Position numbers and translations under genes: made by a program
NCBI GenBank assembly: GCA_044224215.1
Contig: JBGAKX010000004.1
Coordinates: 7,709-71,708 of the forward strand
Origin: Blastocatellia bacterium
GTDB taxonomy: Bacteria > Acidobacteriota > Blastocatellia > UBA7656 > JADIYM01
Length of the DNA: 64,000 bases
Direction of reading: 5' to 3'
In this document: positions 21,661 through 32,368 of the stretch, piece by piece
Layout of the letters: each line of letters begins with the position of its first letter
Numbering within the stretch: position 1 is the stretch's first letter
The notes under the pieces: generated by a model
The model's input: the letters and a program-made list of their open reading frames with translations, nothing else
Databases searched by the model: none
Told to the model about the DNA's origin: nothing

Positions 21661-24600
21661 ATGGGTACTCCCGCTCCGGATTCCTCTCGCCGGGCGGGCG
21701 CGAAAGGCTCAGTGAGGAAACGGATCCTTATCACTCTCGGCGCGCTGGCCACCCTTGTGGTCATCGCATGCATCGGCCTTCTGATCTGGTATCAGACTGG
21801 CGGATTGAACCGTAAGGCCGAGGCCCTTGTCCGGGAACAGCTCGCCGCGATGAACATCCGCGCCGATCTCGGGCAGGTCGTCATTACACTCCGGCCGGGA
21901 AGGGCCGAGTTCGAGCGAATTGCCCTGTATCCGGGCGAGGACACCGAGCCATTCGTGACGGCGGATCGGCTGACCGTCGACTTCACCATTACCAGTCTGT
22001 ACGCCCAGACGGTGGAGTTGAAATCGGTCGAGCTCGTAAACCCGGTGGTTACCGTTCGCTTTGACGACCAGGGCCACTCGAATGTCGACTCGATAAGGTT
22101 GCCGGACCGGAAGAAGCCGGAATCGGCCTCGGATCAGGTGGCGTGGCAGGCGGCAACGTTGACGGTATCGGGCGGACAGATCAACTACGGCGACGCAAGA
22201 CACAAGTTCGACGGTTCGGTGCGCAACCTGCGCGTCGGCCTCGAGCCAAAATCCGGCGAAGGCGACACGCTCGTTCGACGGCTCGTGCTCGGTTTCTCGG
22301 ACAGCAAACTCGTATACGACCAGCGCGAGATTGCCGGCATCAGCGCCGAGCTCGGCGCAGACGTGACGCGCCAGGGTGCGACGATCGACAAGCTCACGCT
22401 CGAATCACCGATCGGTACGACGTCGATCACCGGAACGGTCGCCGAATGGAAGGATCCTCACTACCAACTGAAGGTCAACAGCACGGTTGCGATCGACCAG
22501 ATCGGAGCGGTCGCGGATCCATCGGCAGGGCTCACGGGAACCGCAATGCTCGACGGAACGGTGACCGGGCACGGATCCGAGTACGCGTTCAACGGCAACC
22601 TGTCTGGCGACAACGTCCTCGTTGCGGGCGTGCGCCTGGCGCACGCGAGCGCGACGGGAAAGTTGCAGGGAGACAGGCTCGACTATGCATGGCAGGGCGC
22701 GCTGATCGCGTCGCGGCTCACGATGAGCGGCTACGACGTCTCGAGCGTTCGGTACGAAGGCAGCGCGACGGGGAACGGCGGCGTACCGCAGCTCGACGGG
22801 ACGCTGTCGGTAGGGAGCTTCGGAGGGCACGGCGTCTCCGGATCGGGACTGAGGTTCGAGGGTTCCGTCGACGCTGCCGAACGATCCGCCGACGGCAATT
22901 TCGGGTTGAACTCGCTGTCGGCGCGAACCGTGCGCGCCGGGAGTATTCGCGCGCACGTGGCTGCGACGTCGGACGCGATCGACGTCTCGAGCTTTACGGC
23001 AGTCGTGTTTGGCGGCAGCGTGAACGGCTCGGCGAAGGTCCGGCTCGACACGGGTCAGTCGTCGTTGAGGGCCGAGTTCCGCGGCATCGACATCGACAAG
23101 TCGATCGGCGCGGCGTCGCCCGACGCGCCGAAACTCAGCGGAAGCGCAAACGGCTCGATCGATCTGACGTGGCCCGGCATGCGGATGCAGAACGCGACGG
23201 GAACGGTCGTCGCGACCATCAAGGGAACGATACCGTCCGACACGGGCGGACATCCGGTTGACGGCGATATTGCGCTGACGGCGGTTCCGGGCCGGCTCAG
23301 AATCGACAAGGCGAATTTTGCGAGCGGGGATTCTCACATCACGGCGGTTGGCGAGATCGGATGGGACCGCACGGCTGATGTGACCGTCACGGCAGATGCC
23401 GCCAAGGGCGAAGACCTCATCGCGCTTGCAACGGCTGCTAGCCCCGCCGTCGGAGAGATGCTCGCGCAGCGCAAGGTGGCGATCGATGGTCCGTTCCACT
23501 TTGACGGACGAATTACCGGAACGCTCGCGACACCGTCGATCGACGGACGCGTCCAGATCGCCCGTGTCGTCGTCAATGGCGAGGAGCTCGGGTCGTTCTC
23601 GGCTGCCGTTGTCCGGGAATCGGCGGGCGTGACGCTCCGCGACGCACGTGTGGATCGTAGCGACGGCGCGTCGATCGCGTTCAATCTGTCGTTGCCCACG
23701 ACGCCAGGCGCGGGACAGGTCGTCGACGCGACCATAACGCGATATCCGATCGTCTCGCTCTTCAACCTCAGTCCGATCGGTGCGTCCGAGGACCTCAAGG
23801 CGTTCGGCGGCAATGTCAGTGGGCATGTACGACTGACGATTCCGAGCGAATTGAAGAAGCTGAAAGACTTGATCGGTTCGCTCGACCTGACTGTCGACGG
23901 CGCGACGCTGAAGGCCCAGCCGCTCGAACGGCTACGCATAAGCGTGCGCTTTGGAGAACGGGTCAACGAGATGCCGGTCTTTGAGCTCGCGACGGCTCGA
24001 GGTCGGATGACGGGACGGGGAACGTACGACAAGGAATCGGACAACTACTCAGCCTCGTTTGACGTCGCGAACATCGACCTCAAATTGCTCGAGACGTTGA
24101 TGGCGTCGACTGACAAGCCGCCGCCTGTCACAGCGAGCGGAAGCGTCACCGGGCGCATCGAGTTGTCCGGCAGGAACGGCGCAAATGGAAACGAACTGAC
24201 GGGACTCAACGGCAGCTTTGCCGGGTCCGACGTGATCATCGAGCGCGAGCCGATCGGATCGCCGGCGCTCACAGTTTCAACGGGACCCGATGCGTCGGGT
24301 GCGCCGGTGGTGACCGTAAAACTCGCAGGCGACATTCGCGGACAACGTCGCGAGATCGCCGGCCAGATCTTTGTGGCCGAGGAAGACCAGCCGTTCAAGG
24401 TCGCGCTTGCGTTCGACGGGTTTGACGCGCTTGGCCTCGCGGGTACGCCGCCCGAGGGCGTCACGTCGCGCGTGACCGGCAATGTGTCGGTCGAGGGATT
24501 CCTCGCCGACCTGTCGGCCGAGAATGGCATTCGCGAACGGCTGCGAATCGACGGCCGGTTCTCGGAGCTGTCGCTCGTCGCCGACGTGGACACGAACGGA

Positions 24601-26016
24601 CGGCAGTACACGATAGCGAACAAGGGCGACGTCGTGTTCGGCGTCGCCGACAACGCGCTCAGATTCGAGAAGGCGACGTTCTCGGGCGACAGCACCGAGG
24701 TCACGCTCTCTGGCGATCTTGCGCTCGCGGCGCCTGCCGTCTCGAACCTGACGGTCTCGGGCGACGTCAACCTCGAGCTCATCTCGACGCTCGCGCGTAA
24801 CGTGTATGCGACCGGTTCGGCGAATATTCAGGCATCGGTCGGCGGTCCGCCCGGAGACCCGCGCTTTACCGGATTCGCCGATCTCAAGGACATCGGGCTG
24901 CGCGCGGTTGATGTTCCCGTAGCGATCACGAACGGGGCGGGACGCGTGGTCTTCACGTCGAACCAGGCGCTCATCGAGTCGATGACGGCCCAGGCGAACG
25001 GCGGACGCGTCGTCGTCGACGGCGGCGTTCTGTTCGAGGGGCTCAAGCCTGCACGGTGGCGGTTTGGCATCGACGCCAAACAGGTTCGCATGACCTACCC
25101 GCAGGACGTGCGGTCGATCCTCGACGGCGATCTGACGCTGCAGGGAAATCGCCAACTGCAGGTCCTCAGCGGGACCGTCAATCTGCGCCGCGCCGAGTTC
25201 ACTCGCGACATCGATGCCAACGACATGCTCGCCCTCGACAGCCGCCGGTCGCAGTCTGCGATCGGCACTGGCGCAAGTACGGCGCGCTCGCTGATTCGCC
25301 TCGACCTGAACGTGGAGGCGCGCGACTCCATCATCATCCGCAACAATCTTGCGGACATCGCCGCAAGCGCTTCGCTCGTGCTGACCGGCGCGATCGACGA
25401 TCCGGTGATCGACGGCCGCGCGACGATCACGCGCGGAACGCTCGACTTCAGGGACAACGAGTACCAGATCAACCGCGGAGTCGTGCGGTTCCCCGGAAGG
25501 CTGGGCGGCGAGATCACGTTCGACATGCAGGCCGAGTCCGACATCAAGGGATATCGCGTGACCGTCGGCATCGCGGGCACTCCGACCAAGACGTACCCTG
25601 TGTTGCGCAGCGAGCCCGCACTCACCGAACCGCAGATCGTGTCGTTGATCCTTACAGGCGACATCGGCTCGGGCGAAGTGTCCACACAGAACCTCGGACA
25701 ACAGGGCGTCAACCTCGCGAGTGCGCTGTTGACGGAGGCGCTGTCGCGTTCGGTCGAGAAGCGCACGGGCGAACTGTTCGGCATCAACCGGTTCCAGATC
25801 GACCCGCTCGTCGGCGGCAGGAATCCGTCGGCGCGGGTGACGATCGGCCGCCAGGTCAACAAGAACCTCTCGATTCTCTACTCGACGAACATCTCGTCCG
25901 GCGAGGACCAGGTGATACAGCTCGAATACAAGCTGAGCAACCGGTTCTCGCTGGTCGCGTCGCGCGACGAGAACGGCGCATACGGGCTCGACATCAGGGT
26001 CAGGAAGCGATTCTGA
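21661..26016 (+). CDS. tamB: Translocation and assembly module TamB (AsmA-like, DUF490 C-terminus)
   Basis: N-terminal TM anchor, long beta-taco repeats, C-terminal DPVIDGRATITRG...LRSEPALTEPQIVSLIL...LEYKLSNRFSL. Confidence 0.88.
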   Translation: MGTPAPDSSRRAGAKGSVRKRILITLGALATLVVIACIGLLIWYQTGGLNRKAEALVREQLAAMNIRADLGQVVITLRPGRAEFERIALYPGEDTEPFVTADRLTVDFTITSLYAQTVELKSVELVNPVVTVRFDDQGHSNVDSIRLPDRKKPESASDQVAWQAATLTVSGGQINYGDARHKFDGSVRNLRVGLEPKSGEGDTLVRRLVLGFSDSKLVYDQREIAGISAELGADVTRQGATIDKLTLESPIGTTSITGTVAEWKDPHYQLKVNSTVAIDQIGAVADPSAGLTGTAMLDGTVTGHGSEYAFNGNLSGDNVLVAGVRLAHASATGKLQGDRLDYAWQGALIASRLTMSGYDVSSVRYEGSATGNGGVPQLDGTLSVGSFGGHGVSGSGLRFEGSVDAAERSADGNFGLNSLSARTVRAGSIRAHVAATSDAIDVSSFTAVVFGGSVNGSAKVRLDTGQSSLRAEFRGIDIDKSIGAASPDAPKLSGSANGSIDLTWPGMRMQNATGTVVATIKGTIPSDTGGHPVDGDIALTAVPGRLRIDKANFASGDSHITAVGEIGWDRTADVTVTADAAKGEDLIALATAASPAVGEMLAQRKVAIDGPFHFDGRITGTLATPSIDGRVQIARVVVNGEELGSFSAAVVRESAGVTLRDARVDRSDGASIAFNLSLPTTPGAGQVVDATITRYPIVSLFNLSPIGASEDLKAFGGNVSGHVRLTIPSELKKLKDLIGSLDLTVDGATLKAQPLERLRISVRFGERVNEMPVFELATARGRMTGRGTYDKESDNYSASFDVANIDLKLLETLMASTDKPPPVTASGSVTGRIELSGRNGANGNELTGLNGSFAGSDVIIEREPIGSPALTVSTGPDASGAPVVTVKLAGDIRGQRREIAGQIFVAEEDQPFKVALAFDGFDALGLAGTPPEGVTSRVTGNVSVEGFLADLSAENGIRERLRIDGRFSELSLVADVDTNGRQYTIANKGDVVFGVADNALRFEKATFSGDSTEVTLSGDLALAAPAVSNLTVSGDVNLELISTLARNVYATGSANIQASVGGPPGDPRFTGFADLKDIGLRAVDVPVAITNGAGRVVFTSNQALIESMTAQANGGRVVVDGGVLFEGLKPARWRFGIDAKQVRMTYPQDVRSILDGDLTLQGNRQLQVLSGTVNLRRAEFTRDIDANDMLALDSRRSQSAIGTGASTARSLIRLDLNVEARDSIIIRNNLADIAASASLVLTGAIDDPVIDGRATITRGTLDFRDNEYQINRGVVRFPGRLGGEITFDMQAESDIKGYRVTVGIAGTPTKTYPVLRSEPALTEPQIVSLILTGDIGSGEVSTQNLGQQGVNLASALLTEALSRSVEKRTGELFGINRFQIDPLVGGRNPSARVTIGRQVNKNLSILYSTNISSGEDQVIQLEYKLSNRFSLVASRDENGAYGLDIRVRKRF

Positions 26017-28805
26017 TGTTTGGTGGACTCGTCCGAGCCGCGCTGCGGTGCATGGTTGTGGCCGCCGTCGCGTGCGCGCTCGGGGTCGTGGCATCGGCAC
26101 AGGACCTTTCGTCGTATCTCGGCAAGCGGATTCATCGCGTTGACATCGAGTTCGCGAACGGCTTGAAGATCGACGGCGGCGAGTTCAGGCAGTTTGTCGA
26201 GCGGTCGGTTCGCGCGGGGAACGAGCTGTCGGAAGAGGAGGTCCACGTCTCTATCGAGCGGCTGATGTCGGCGGGTCTTGCGTCAAAGGTCGCCGTGGCA
26301 GTTGCCGTCGACGGCGACGGGGTCGTGGTCACCTACCGCATCACACGCCTGGTGCGCGTGGCGTCCGTGAAGTTCGGCGCATTGTCGACCACCGCCACCG
26401 AGGGCATTCGCGCCCAGTTGACTGGCCTCGACATAGGAAGTGTGCTCACCGAGGGAGTGCTCGACAGGGCCGCCGACGAGATCGTGCGCTACTACCAGGA
26501 GCGCGGATACTTTGACGCGCAGGTCAAGCGAACCGTCGTCGTCGACGATACGGGATCCCGGGCGACGGTCGACTTTGCGATCGAGCAAGGCGAGCCGACT
26601 CGCGTCTCGACGTTCATGGTCTCGCGCGATCCGAGCGTGTTGCCGGATCTGGAAGCGAAATTGACGCTCAAGGAAGGTGAGCGGTACACGGCCACCGCGC
26701 TCGAAGCGGACCTCGTCACGATCCGCAAGGCAATGCTCGACGCCGGATACCTCTCGCCCGAAGTCGGCGAACCCGAAGTCGAGCGAAACCCGGCCGGCAA
26801 CACCGTTGCCATCTCGGTGAGCGTCATCGCGGGCCCTCGCGTGACGGTTGCGGTCGAAGGCGTCAAGATCGATCAGAAACACCTGCGGACGCTGCTGCCG
26901 ATCTACACCGACGGAGGGCTCGACGAATTCCAGCTGTCCGAGGGCGACCGGCGTCTCGCCGACGAGCTTCAGCGCGAAGGCTACTTCTTTGCGCGGATCA
27001 CGCATCGCGTCGACAACGGTCCGTCCGCCAACAGCAGGATCGTCACGTACACGGTCGATCGTGGCCGCCGATTCAAGATCACCGACATTGAGATCGAAGG
27101 CACGACGGCCGTGACCTACGCACAGCTGCGAGATGAACTTCAGACGCAGGAAGCCGGGTTCATCGTGCTCGCGCGCGGGCTGACGAGCCGCAGCATTCTG
27201 CAGCGGGACAGCGACTTCATCGAAGGCAGGCTGCACGCGATCGGGTATCGACAGGCGCGCGTCGTCCAGCGAAGGCAGGGCGTCCTGGCAGACTCGGACG
27301 ACCTGGTGATCACGTTTGTCGTCGAGGAGGGCCCGCGCACGCGCATTGCCGATGTGGCGTTCCGTGGAAACCAGGTGTTTGCGACGAGCGAGCTGCTTGC
27401 CGAGCCGTCCGCAAAGTCGGGCGACTGGTACTCGGACGCGAGCATCAGCGGGGACTCGCGCGCGATGCTGCAGAAGTACGCGTCGGCGGGGTACATCACG
27501 GCCGAGATCACGCCGCAGATCGTCGACATCGACAGTACGAGCGTCCGCGTCATCTATGTCGTCAGCGAGGGCCTGCGCGCGTTCATCGGAAACGTCTCGA
27601 TCGTTGGCAACACGACGACCGGGACGCGCTCCATCAGTCGATACGTCGAATTCAAGCAGGGCGAGATCCTCAGGCTCGATGCGTTGCGCAAGACGGAGCG
27701 CCAGCTGTACGAAACCGGCGCGTTCCGGCAGGTGCTGATCCGCAGCGAGCCTGCAGGCACCATGCCTGACGGCCTCAGCGAGATGCGCAACGTCTACATC
27801 GAGCTCGAAGAGGCGCGACCGTGGCTGATCGTGTACGGCGGCGGCTTCAACACCGATGACGGGCCGCGCGGGCTCTTCGAAATCTCGAACGCGAACCTGT
27901 TCGGCAGGCTGAACACCGGATCGCTCAGGGTGCGCATGAGCCCGAGGGTTCAGATCGCCGAGCTCTCGTATTCGAATCCGAGGCCGTTCGGATGGGACCT
28001 GCCCGGGCTGCTGCAGCTGCGGTACGACCGCGACGTGATGGACGCGTTCACGTCGACGACGTACGCCGTGATCGCTCAGCTTCAGAAGCGGCTGTCCGAT
28101 CAGTCCGGATTTTTCTTCCGATACAACTTTGAGCGTGTCAGGACGTCGAACCTCGATCTGTCACCCGACCAGATCGCGCGCGAGGATCGGCCGGTGACGC
28201 TCGGAAAACTCTCCACGGTCTACTACCGGGACTATCGCAACAGCCCGTTCGATCCCGATGGCGGGACGTTCATCTCGCTCGAGGGCACGATCGCATCGAC
28301 CGTGCTCGGCGGCAGCGAGCGATACGTAATGGGGCGGGCCGAGTACCAGCGCTACGACAAGCTGCCTCGCTATCCGTCGCTGGTCTACGCTGGTGCTGCA
28401 AAGCTCGGATTGGCGGCGCCCTACGGCGAGTCGACCGAGATCCCGATCAGCCAACGGTTCTTTTCCGGCGGCTCGCGCACGCTCCGAGGCTTCAAGTTCG
28501 AGGAGGCGGGGCCGCGTGACCCCGTCACCAACCAGCCCGTCGGTGGAAACCTGCTGATCGTCATCAACAACGAATTGCGCTTCCCGATCCTCAGGCGCCT
28601 CGGCGGCGCGGTCTTCTCGGATACCGGAAACGTGTTCAAGAAGGTCTCCAAGTTCCAGTTCGACAAGCTGACCGAGACGATCGGCTTCGGGCTGAGGTTC
28701 GACACGCCCGTCGGCCCGATCCGCGTCGACTATGGCTATCTGCTGAACGCGCCGAACGGGGTGGGCCACAGCGCCGTGCACCTGTCGTTCGGCCAGGCAT
28801 TCTGA
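26016..28805 (+). CDS. Omp85-family outer membrane protein (BamA/TamA-like) with seven POTRA domains
   Basis: ATG overlaps the tamB stop; repeated POTRA pattern (..GY..A.V); RFFSGGSRTLRGF loop; GLRFDTPVGPIRVDYG; C-terminal HLSFGQAF. Confidence 0.92.
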   Translation: MFGGLVRAALRCMVVAAVACALGVVASAQDLSSYLGKRIHRVDIEFANGLKIDGGEFRQFVERSVRAGNELSEEEVHVSIERLMSAGLASKVAVAVAVDGDGVVVTYRITRLVRVASVKFGALSTTATEGIRAQLTGLDIGSVLTEGVLDRAADEIVRYYQERGYFDAQVKRTVVVDDTGSRATVDFAIEQGEPTRVSTFMVSRDPSVLPDLEAKLTLKEGERYTATALEADLVTIRKAMLDAGYLSPEVGEPEVERNPAGNTVAISVSVIAGPRVTVAVEGVKIDQKHLRTLLPIYTDGGLDEFQLSEGDRRLADELQREGYFFARITHRVDNGPSANSRIVTYTVDRGRRFKITDIEIEGTTAVTYAQLRDELQTQEAGFIVLARGLTSRSILQRDSDFIEGRLHAIGYRQARVVQRRQGVLADSDDLVITFVVEEGPRTRIADVAFRGNQVFATSELLAEPSAKSGDWYSDASISGDSRAMLQKYASAGYITAEITPQIVDIDSTSVRVIYVVSEGLRAFIGNVSIVGNTTTGTRSISRYVEFKQGEILRLDALRKTERQLYETGAFRQVLIRSEPAGTMPDGLSEMRNVYIELEEARPWLIVYGGGFNTDDGPRGLFEISNANLFGRLNTGSLRVRMSPRVQIAELSYSNPRPFGWDLPGLLQLRYDRDVMDAFTSTTYAVIAQLQKRLSDQSGFFFRYNFERVRTSNLDLSPDQIAREDRPVTLGKLSTVYYRDYRNSPFDPDGGTFISLEGTIASTVLGGSERYVMGRAEYQRYDKLPRYPSLVYAGAAKLGLAAPYGESTEIPISQRFFSGGSRTLRGFKFEEAGPRDPVTNQPVGGNLLIVINNELRFPILRRLGGAVFSDTGNVFKKVSKFQFDKLTETIGFGLRFDTPVGPIRVDYGYLLNAPNGVGHSAVHLSFGQAF

Positions 28806-29533
28806 TGATGGAGAGATTGCGCGATCGAAGGTCCTGGATAGCGGCGGCGCGTGCCGTCGCGTTCGCCGGAGCCTTGGCGAGCTCGCTTGCCGGAGTCTCC
28901 GCGCAGAGCGGCGCGGTGAAGCCTGCTCCCGCAGCGCTGGTCATCGACCAGACGACGGCGCGCGTCAACGGCGACCTCATCCTCAAGAGCGAGATCCTGT
29001 GGAACCTGGCGCTGCTCAAGAATGTGGCGCCGTCGCAGTTCTGGGACGCCAAGACGCAGGATCAGATGCTGCGCACGCTGATCGACCAGCGGTTGATCCT
29101 GCTCGAGGCGGCCAAGCTCCCGAGCATTCGCGTGTCGGACGAGGAGGTCGCGAAGGCCGTCAGCGAGCTGCGCGACGAGTTCAACAGCCCGGACGATCCG
29201 CAGCGCTTCGAGCGCCGCGGCCAGCTCGTCGGCCTCACGGGACCGCGTCTGAACGAGATCGTGCGCGCGCGGCTGCGCATCACCAAGTTCGTCGATTTCA
29301 GGTTCCGGACGTTCGTGGTCGTGACGGAGCCCGAGATGCAGCGGTACTTCGACACCGAGCTGCGCACCGCGCCCGAGATGCAGGGATTGACCGAGGCTGC
29401 GCTGAAGGCCGCGTTCGAGGCCAATCGGGGCACGATCGAGAAGATCCTGATCGAGGAGAAGGTGAACGCGGCGATCGACACGTTCCTCGAAGAGGCGCGC
29501 GTGCGTGCCGAGATCGTCCGGCTGGATACGTAG
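28805..29533 (+). CDS. SurA N-terminal-domain chaperone (no PPIase domain seen)
   Basis: Signal peptide; IDQTTARVNGDLILKSE, LRTLIDQRLILLEA, VSDEEVAKAV. Confidence 0.75.
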   Translation: MMERLRDRRSWIAAARAVAFAGALASSLAGVSAQSGAVKPAPAALVIDQTTARVNGDLILKSEILWNLALLKNVAPSQFWDAKTQDQMLRTLIDQRLILLEAAKLPSIRVSDEEVAKAVSELRDEFNSPDDPQRFERRGQLVGLTGPRLNEIVRARLRITKFVDFRFRTFVVVTEPEMQRYFDTELRTAPEMQGLTEAALKAAFEANRGTIEKILIEEKVNAAIDTFLEEARVRAEIVRLDT

Positions 29534-29542
29534 AAGCGCGGG

Positions 29543-32263
29543 TCAGCGATCTTCGGGCAGGTCGAGCGCGGAGCGGCCCTGCCGGCCGCGCGAGATCCTG
29601 CGCGTCTGGGTAGGCTGACCGATGTTCTCGTTGCCGATCGACCCGATCCCCCCAAGCGTGAACGTGAAGTAGAACTGCGTCTCGTCGCGCAGGTTTTGCG
29701 GCAGGTTGTACGTGGCGACGTTGAACTGCACTCCGCAGCAGTCCCACGCATAGCCGAGATACGTGCGCGAGTTCACGATACGGCCGCTCGAGATCATGTC
29801 CGCGAGATCCGTCGTGTCGATCCGGTCGGTGAAGTCGATGTTCAACCGCGTCCCGCCGTAGACGCCGCGCTGCAGGTTGCCGAGGTCGACGGCCGTGATC
29901 CACTGGTTGCCGGCGAACGTGCCGGGCTCGATCTGGCCCTTGCGCGCGCGGAACCTGCGCGAGAAGAAATACGCCTCGGAGATCTGCCAGTTCGTACCGC
30001 GCGCACCGCCAGTCATCGCCAGGTCCTTGAATCCGTTGCGCTGCACGTCGTAGTCGACCATCAGGTCGGCAAACAGCGCCGACAAGGGCCGCGCGCGGGC
30101 CAGAATGTTGATCGGCGAGAACCGGCGCTCGATGCCGCCGTAGCTGAATCCCGAGAACGTGTCGATCGGATAGAACTGGTTGCGGCGAACCGGGCTGAAC
30201 GACCCGCCGAACGTCGGATCGATGAAGTACTTCTGGCGAACGGTGATCGAGAGCACTTCGTGCGGCTGGCCCGACGAGGTGGTCTCGTCATCATCGTCGG
30301 TGTCGCCCGTCTCGTCGGAGTCCTTCGCCTTTTTTCCCGCGCCCTTTTCGTGCCGGGTGACAAAGAACCGGTTCGTGATTCCGTACTCGACCTCGTTCGT
30401 GTCGGCGATGGCGTCGCGCTCGTCGAACAACAGCGTCTGCTTGAACTGATCGATCCCCGCAAGCCGCCGATAGACGACGTACGGTTCGATGACGTGCTTG
30501 AAGTTGGGCTCGCCGTCCTTTGTCATGTAGACGCGGCCGAGCACCGGAGGCCTCACCTCGACCGCAAACTCGAGGTAGTTGCGCGTCAGGTTGTCGCTCA
30601 GCACAAGACCTGGGTTCAGCGGGTCGAACAGTTGAATCGTCTGGGCGCGCGCGCCGGGCGGAGGATTGAGAATTCTCGGGTCGTTCGGATCGAGCGTGAA
30701 GCGCGACGGATCGTACCGGAACGCCGCCGGATTCAGGCTGTTCGAGTAGAACGTCGTGCGCAGGGCGAGCGACGGGGTAACGGCCCATCCGCCCATGTCG
30801 AACGGCAGCGGCAGCGTGAACCGCGGGTAGAGATCGAGTCGCTGAACGATGCTCGGCGTCTGGAAGACGGTCGTGTCGCCGATGCGTTCCTCGCGGCGAA
30901 GGCCTTCGGCGGCGGCGTCGAACGAAAAGTACAGCGGGAACTTCTTGAACAGCGGCCGGTCGTACGTCAGCACTTCGACCGACGGCAGGTGCCGGATGTT
31001 GATATTGACGTCGGTCGTGTTGTCGGGATTGACGATGTTCTGCTGGTTGATCGTCGTCGAGTCGCCCTCAGCGAGCAGGTTGAAACTGAACCGGTCGTAG
31101 TTGTTGTTGAAGTAGAGCGTCGACCGTTCCTGCGGATTGATGATCTCCTCGTAGGTGTCCGAGAACGTCCGCCGGAACGCGAGATTCGAGGTGATGCGCG
31201 TGTCGGCCACGGCGACCCAGCCGTGCGGCAGGTACTGAACGCCCTCGAGAAAGAACGCGCTGCCGCCCTGGTCCGGACCGGGATCGCCGAACAACCGATC
31301 CTTGACGATGTAGGTCCCCAGGCGGATGCCCGAGCGCTCGTCCGTGCGCGCCCGGAACTCGAACCCGAACCCGAGCCCGCGAGAACTGAAGTAGTCGCCG
31401 CGGAATGTCGCGTCGGCGCTGCGCCCGAGCGTCTGGTAGTAGGCCTGGCTGTACGTGAATCCCTTCGTGTTCGAGTTTCCAAAGCGCGGCAGGAGGAATC
31501 CAGACTGCCGCTCCTTCCGATCGATGGGGATCGACGCGTACGGCAGCCAGAAGATCGGCACGCCCTTGATGTCAAAGACGGCGTTGCGCAGCCGCACGCG
31601 GTCGTTCACCTTGAGCCGCGCCTGGTTCGACTTGAGCGACCACTTCGGGATCGAGTCCTCGCACGCCGTCAGGTCGGCCTCGTAGAGGATGTACTCGTCG
31701 GCCGCAACCTTGTCGATCCGCTTGGCGGTGTAATACAGAAACTCGCCGGTTGCGGTTCGATCCGTGAAGCCCGTCGCGTCGTAGAACGTCCCGAGCTTTG
31801 TGGCCATGTTCAACTCGGCGCGCCGGGCGGTGACGCGCTGAGAGGTGCCCTGGTCGAACACGACGTTCCCCTCGGCAACGGCGTCGTCGTTCGTCGTGTT
31901 GTACTCGACGCGGTCGGCCTGCAGCCGAATGTTCTGGTAGCGCGCGTCGACGTAACCGGTATAGATGAAGACGTCGCCGGTCTTTGTCTGCGTCGAGGAT
32001 TCGATCGTGACTTCGGAACCGACCTGCCTGGTCTCCTTCGCGCCCTTCTTTCCGTTCTTGCCGCCCTTGGCATTCTTGTCGGGTGCCTGTTCCGGCGACT
32101 GCGGCTCGGCCTGCGCGGGTTTTTCAACCTGCACTGGCGCCACGGACGTCCCGGACGGAGCGGGTGGAGGCGCAAGCGGCGACTGCGCTGCAAACGCGGT
32201 CGAGGACAGCAGCGCACACGCGAAGGCGAACAAACTGAATCGTTTGGAGACACCCGGGCTCAT
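29543..32263 (-). CDS. lptD: LPS-assembly protein LptD
   Basis: Signal peptide from ATG 32263; OstA-like RLQADRVEY...AEGNVVF; LTACEDSIPKW; PIFWLPY...RQSGFLLP; WDCC near the C-terminus. Confidence 0.9.
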   Translation of the reverse strand: MSPGVSKRFSLFAFACALLSSTAFAAQSPLAPPPAPSGTSVAPVQVEKPAQAEPQSPEQAPDKNAKGGKNGKKGAKETRQVGSEVTIESSTQTKTGDVFIYTGYVDARYQNIRLQADRVEYNTTNDDAVAEGNVVFDQGTSQRVTARRAELNMATKLGTFYDATGFTDRTATGEFLYYTAKRIDKVAADEYILYEADLTACEDSIPKWSLKSNQARLKVNDRVRLRNAVFDIKGVPIFWLPYASIPIDRKERQSGFLLPRFGNSNTKGFTYSQAYYQTLGRSADATFRGDYFSSRGLGFGFEFRARTDERSGIRLGTYIVKDRLFGDPGPDQGGSAFFLEGVQYLPHGWVAVADTRITSNLAFRRTFSDTYEEIINPQERSTLYFNNNYDRFSFNLLAEGDSTTINQQNIVNPDNTTDVNINIRHLPSVEVLTYDRPLFKKFPLYFSFDAAAEGLRREERIGDTTVFQTPSIVQRLDLYPRFTLPLPFDMGGWAVTPSLALRTTFYSNSLNPAAFRYDPSRFTLDPNDPRILNPPPGARAQTIQLFDPLNPGLVLSDNLTRNYLEFAVEVRPPVLGRVYMTKDGEPNFKHVIEPYVVYRRLAGIDQFKQTLLFDERDAIADTNEVEYGITNRFFVTRHEKGAGKKAKDSDETGDTDDDDETTSSGQPHEVLSITVRQKYFIDPTFGGSFSPVRRNQFYPIDTFSGFSYGGIERRFSPINILARARPLSALFADLMVDYDVQRNGFKDLAMTGGARGTNWQISEAYFFSRRFRARKGQIEPGTFAGNQWITAVDLGNLQRGVYGGTRLNIDFTDRIDTTDLADMISSGRIVNSRTYLGYAWDCCGVQFNVATYNLPQNLRDETQFYFTFTLGGIGSIGNENIGQPTQTRRISRGRQGRSALDLPEDR

Positions 32264-32368
32264 AGGGACGTGTGAGTCTAGCACGCCGCGCATTCGACCG
32301 GACACCGTGATTGGCATGGCTCGGCACGGCTGTCCGGCAGCGCGGGCAATTGAGTACAATGCCCGGTC

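Noticed and set aside
25056-26015. Apparent 320-aa N-terminal extension of the Omp85 ORF
   Set aside because: It overlaps tamB in another frame; the real start is the ATG at 26016 with a signal peptide and TGATG coupling.
29696-32275. 859-aa ORF antisense to lptD, and similar long antisense ORFs opposite uvrD, the kinases and hutI
   Set aside because: Stop-poor antisense frames are expected at this GC content; no RBS or domain evidence.
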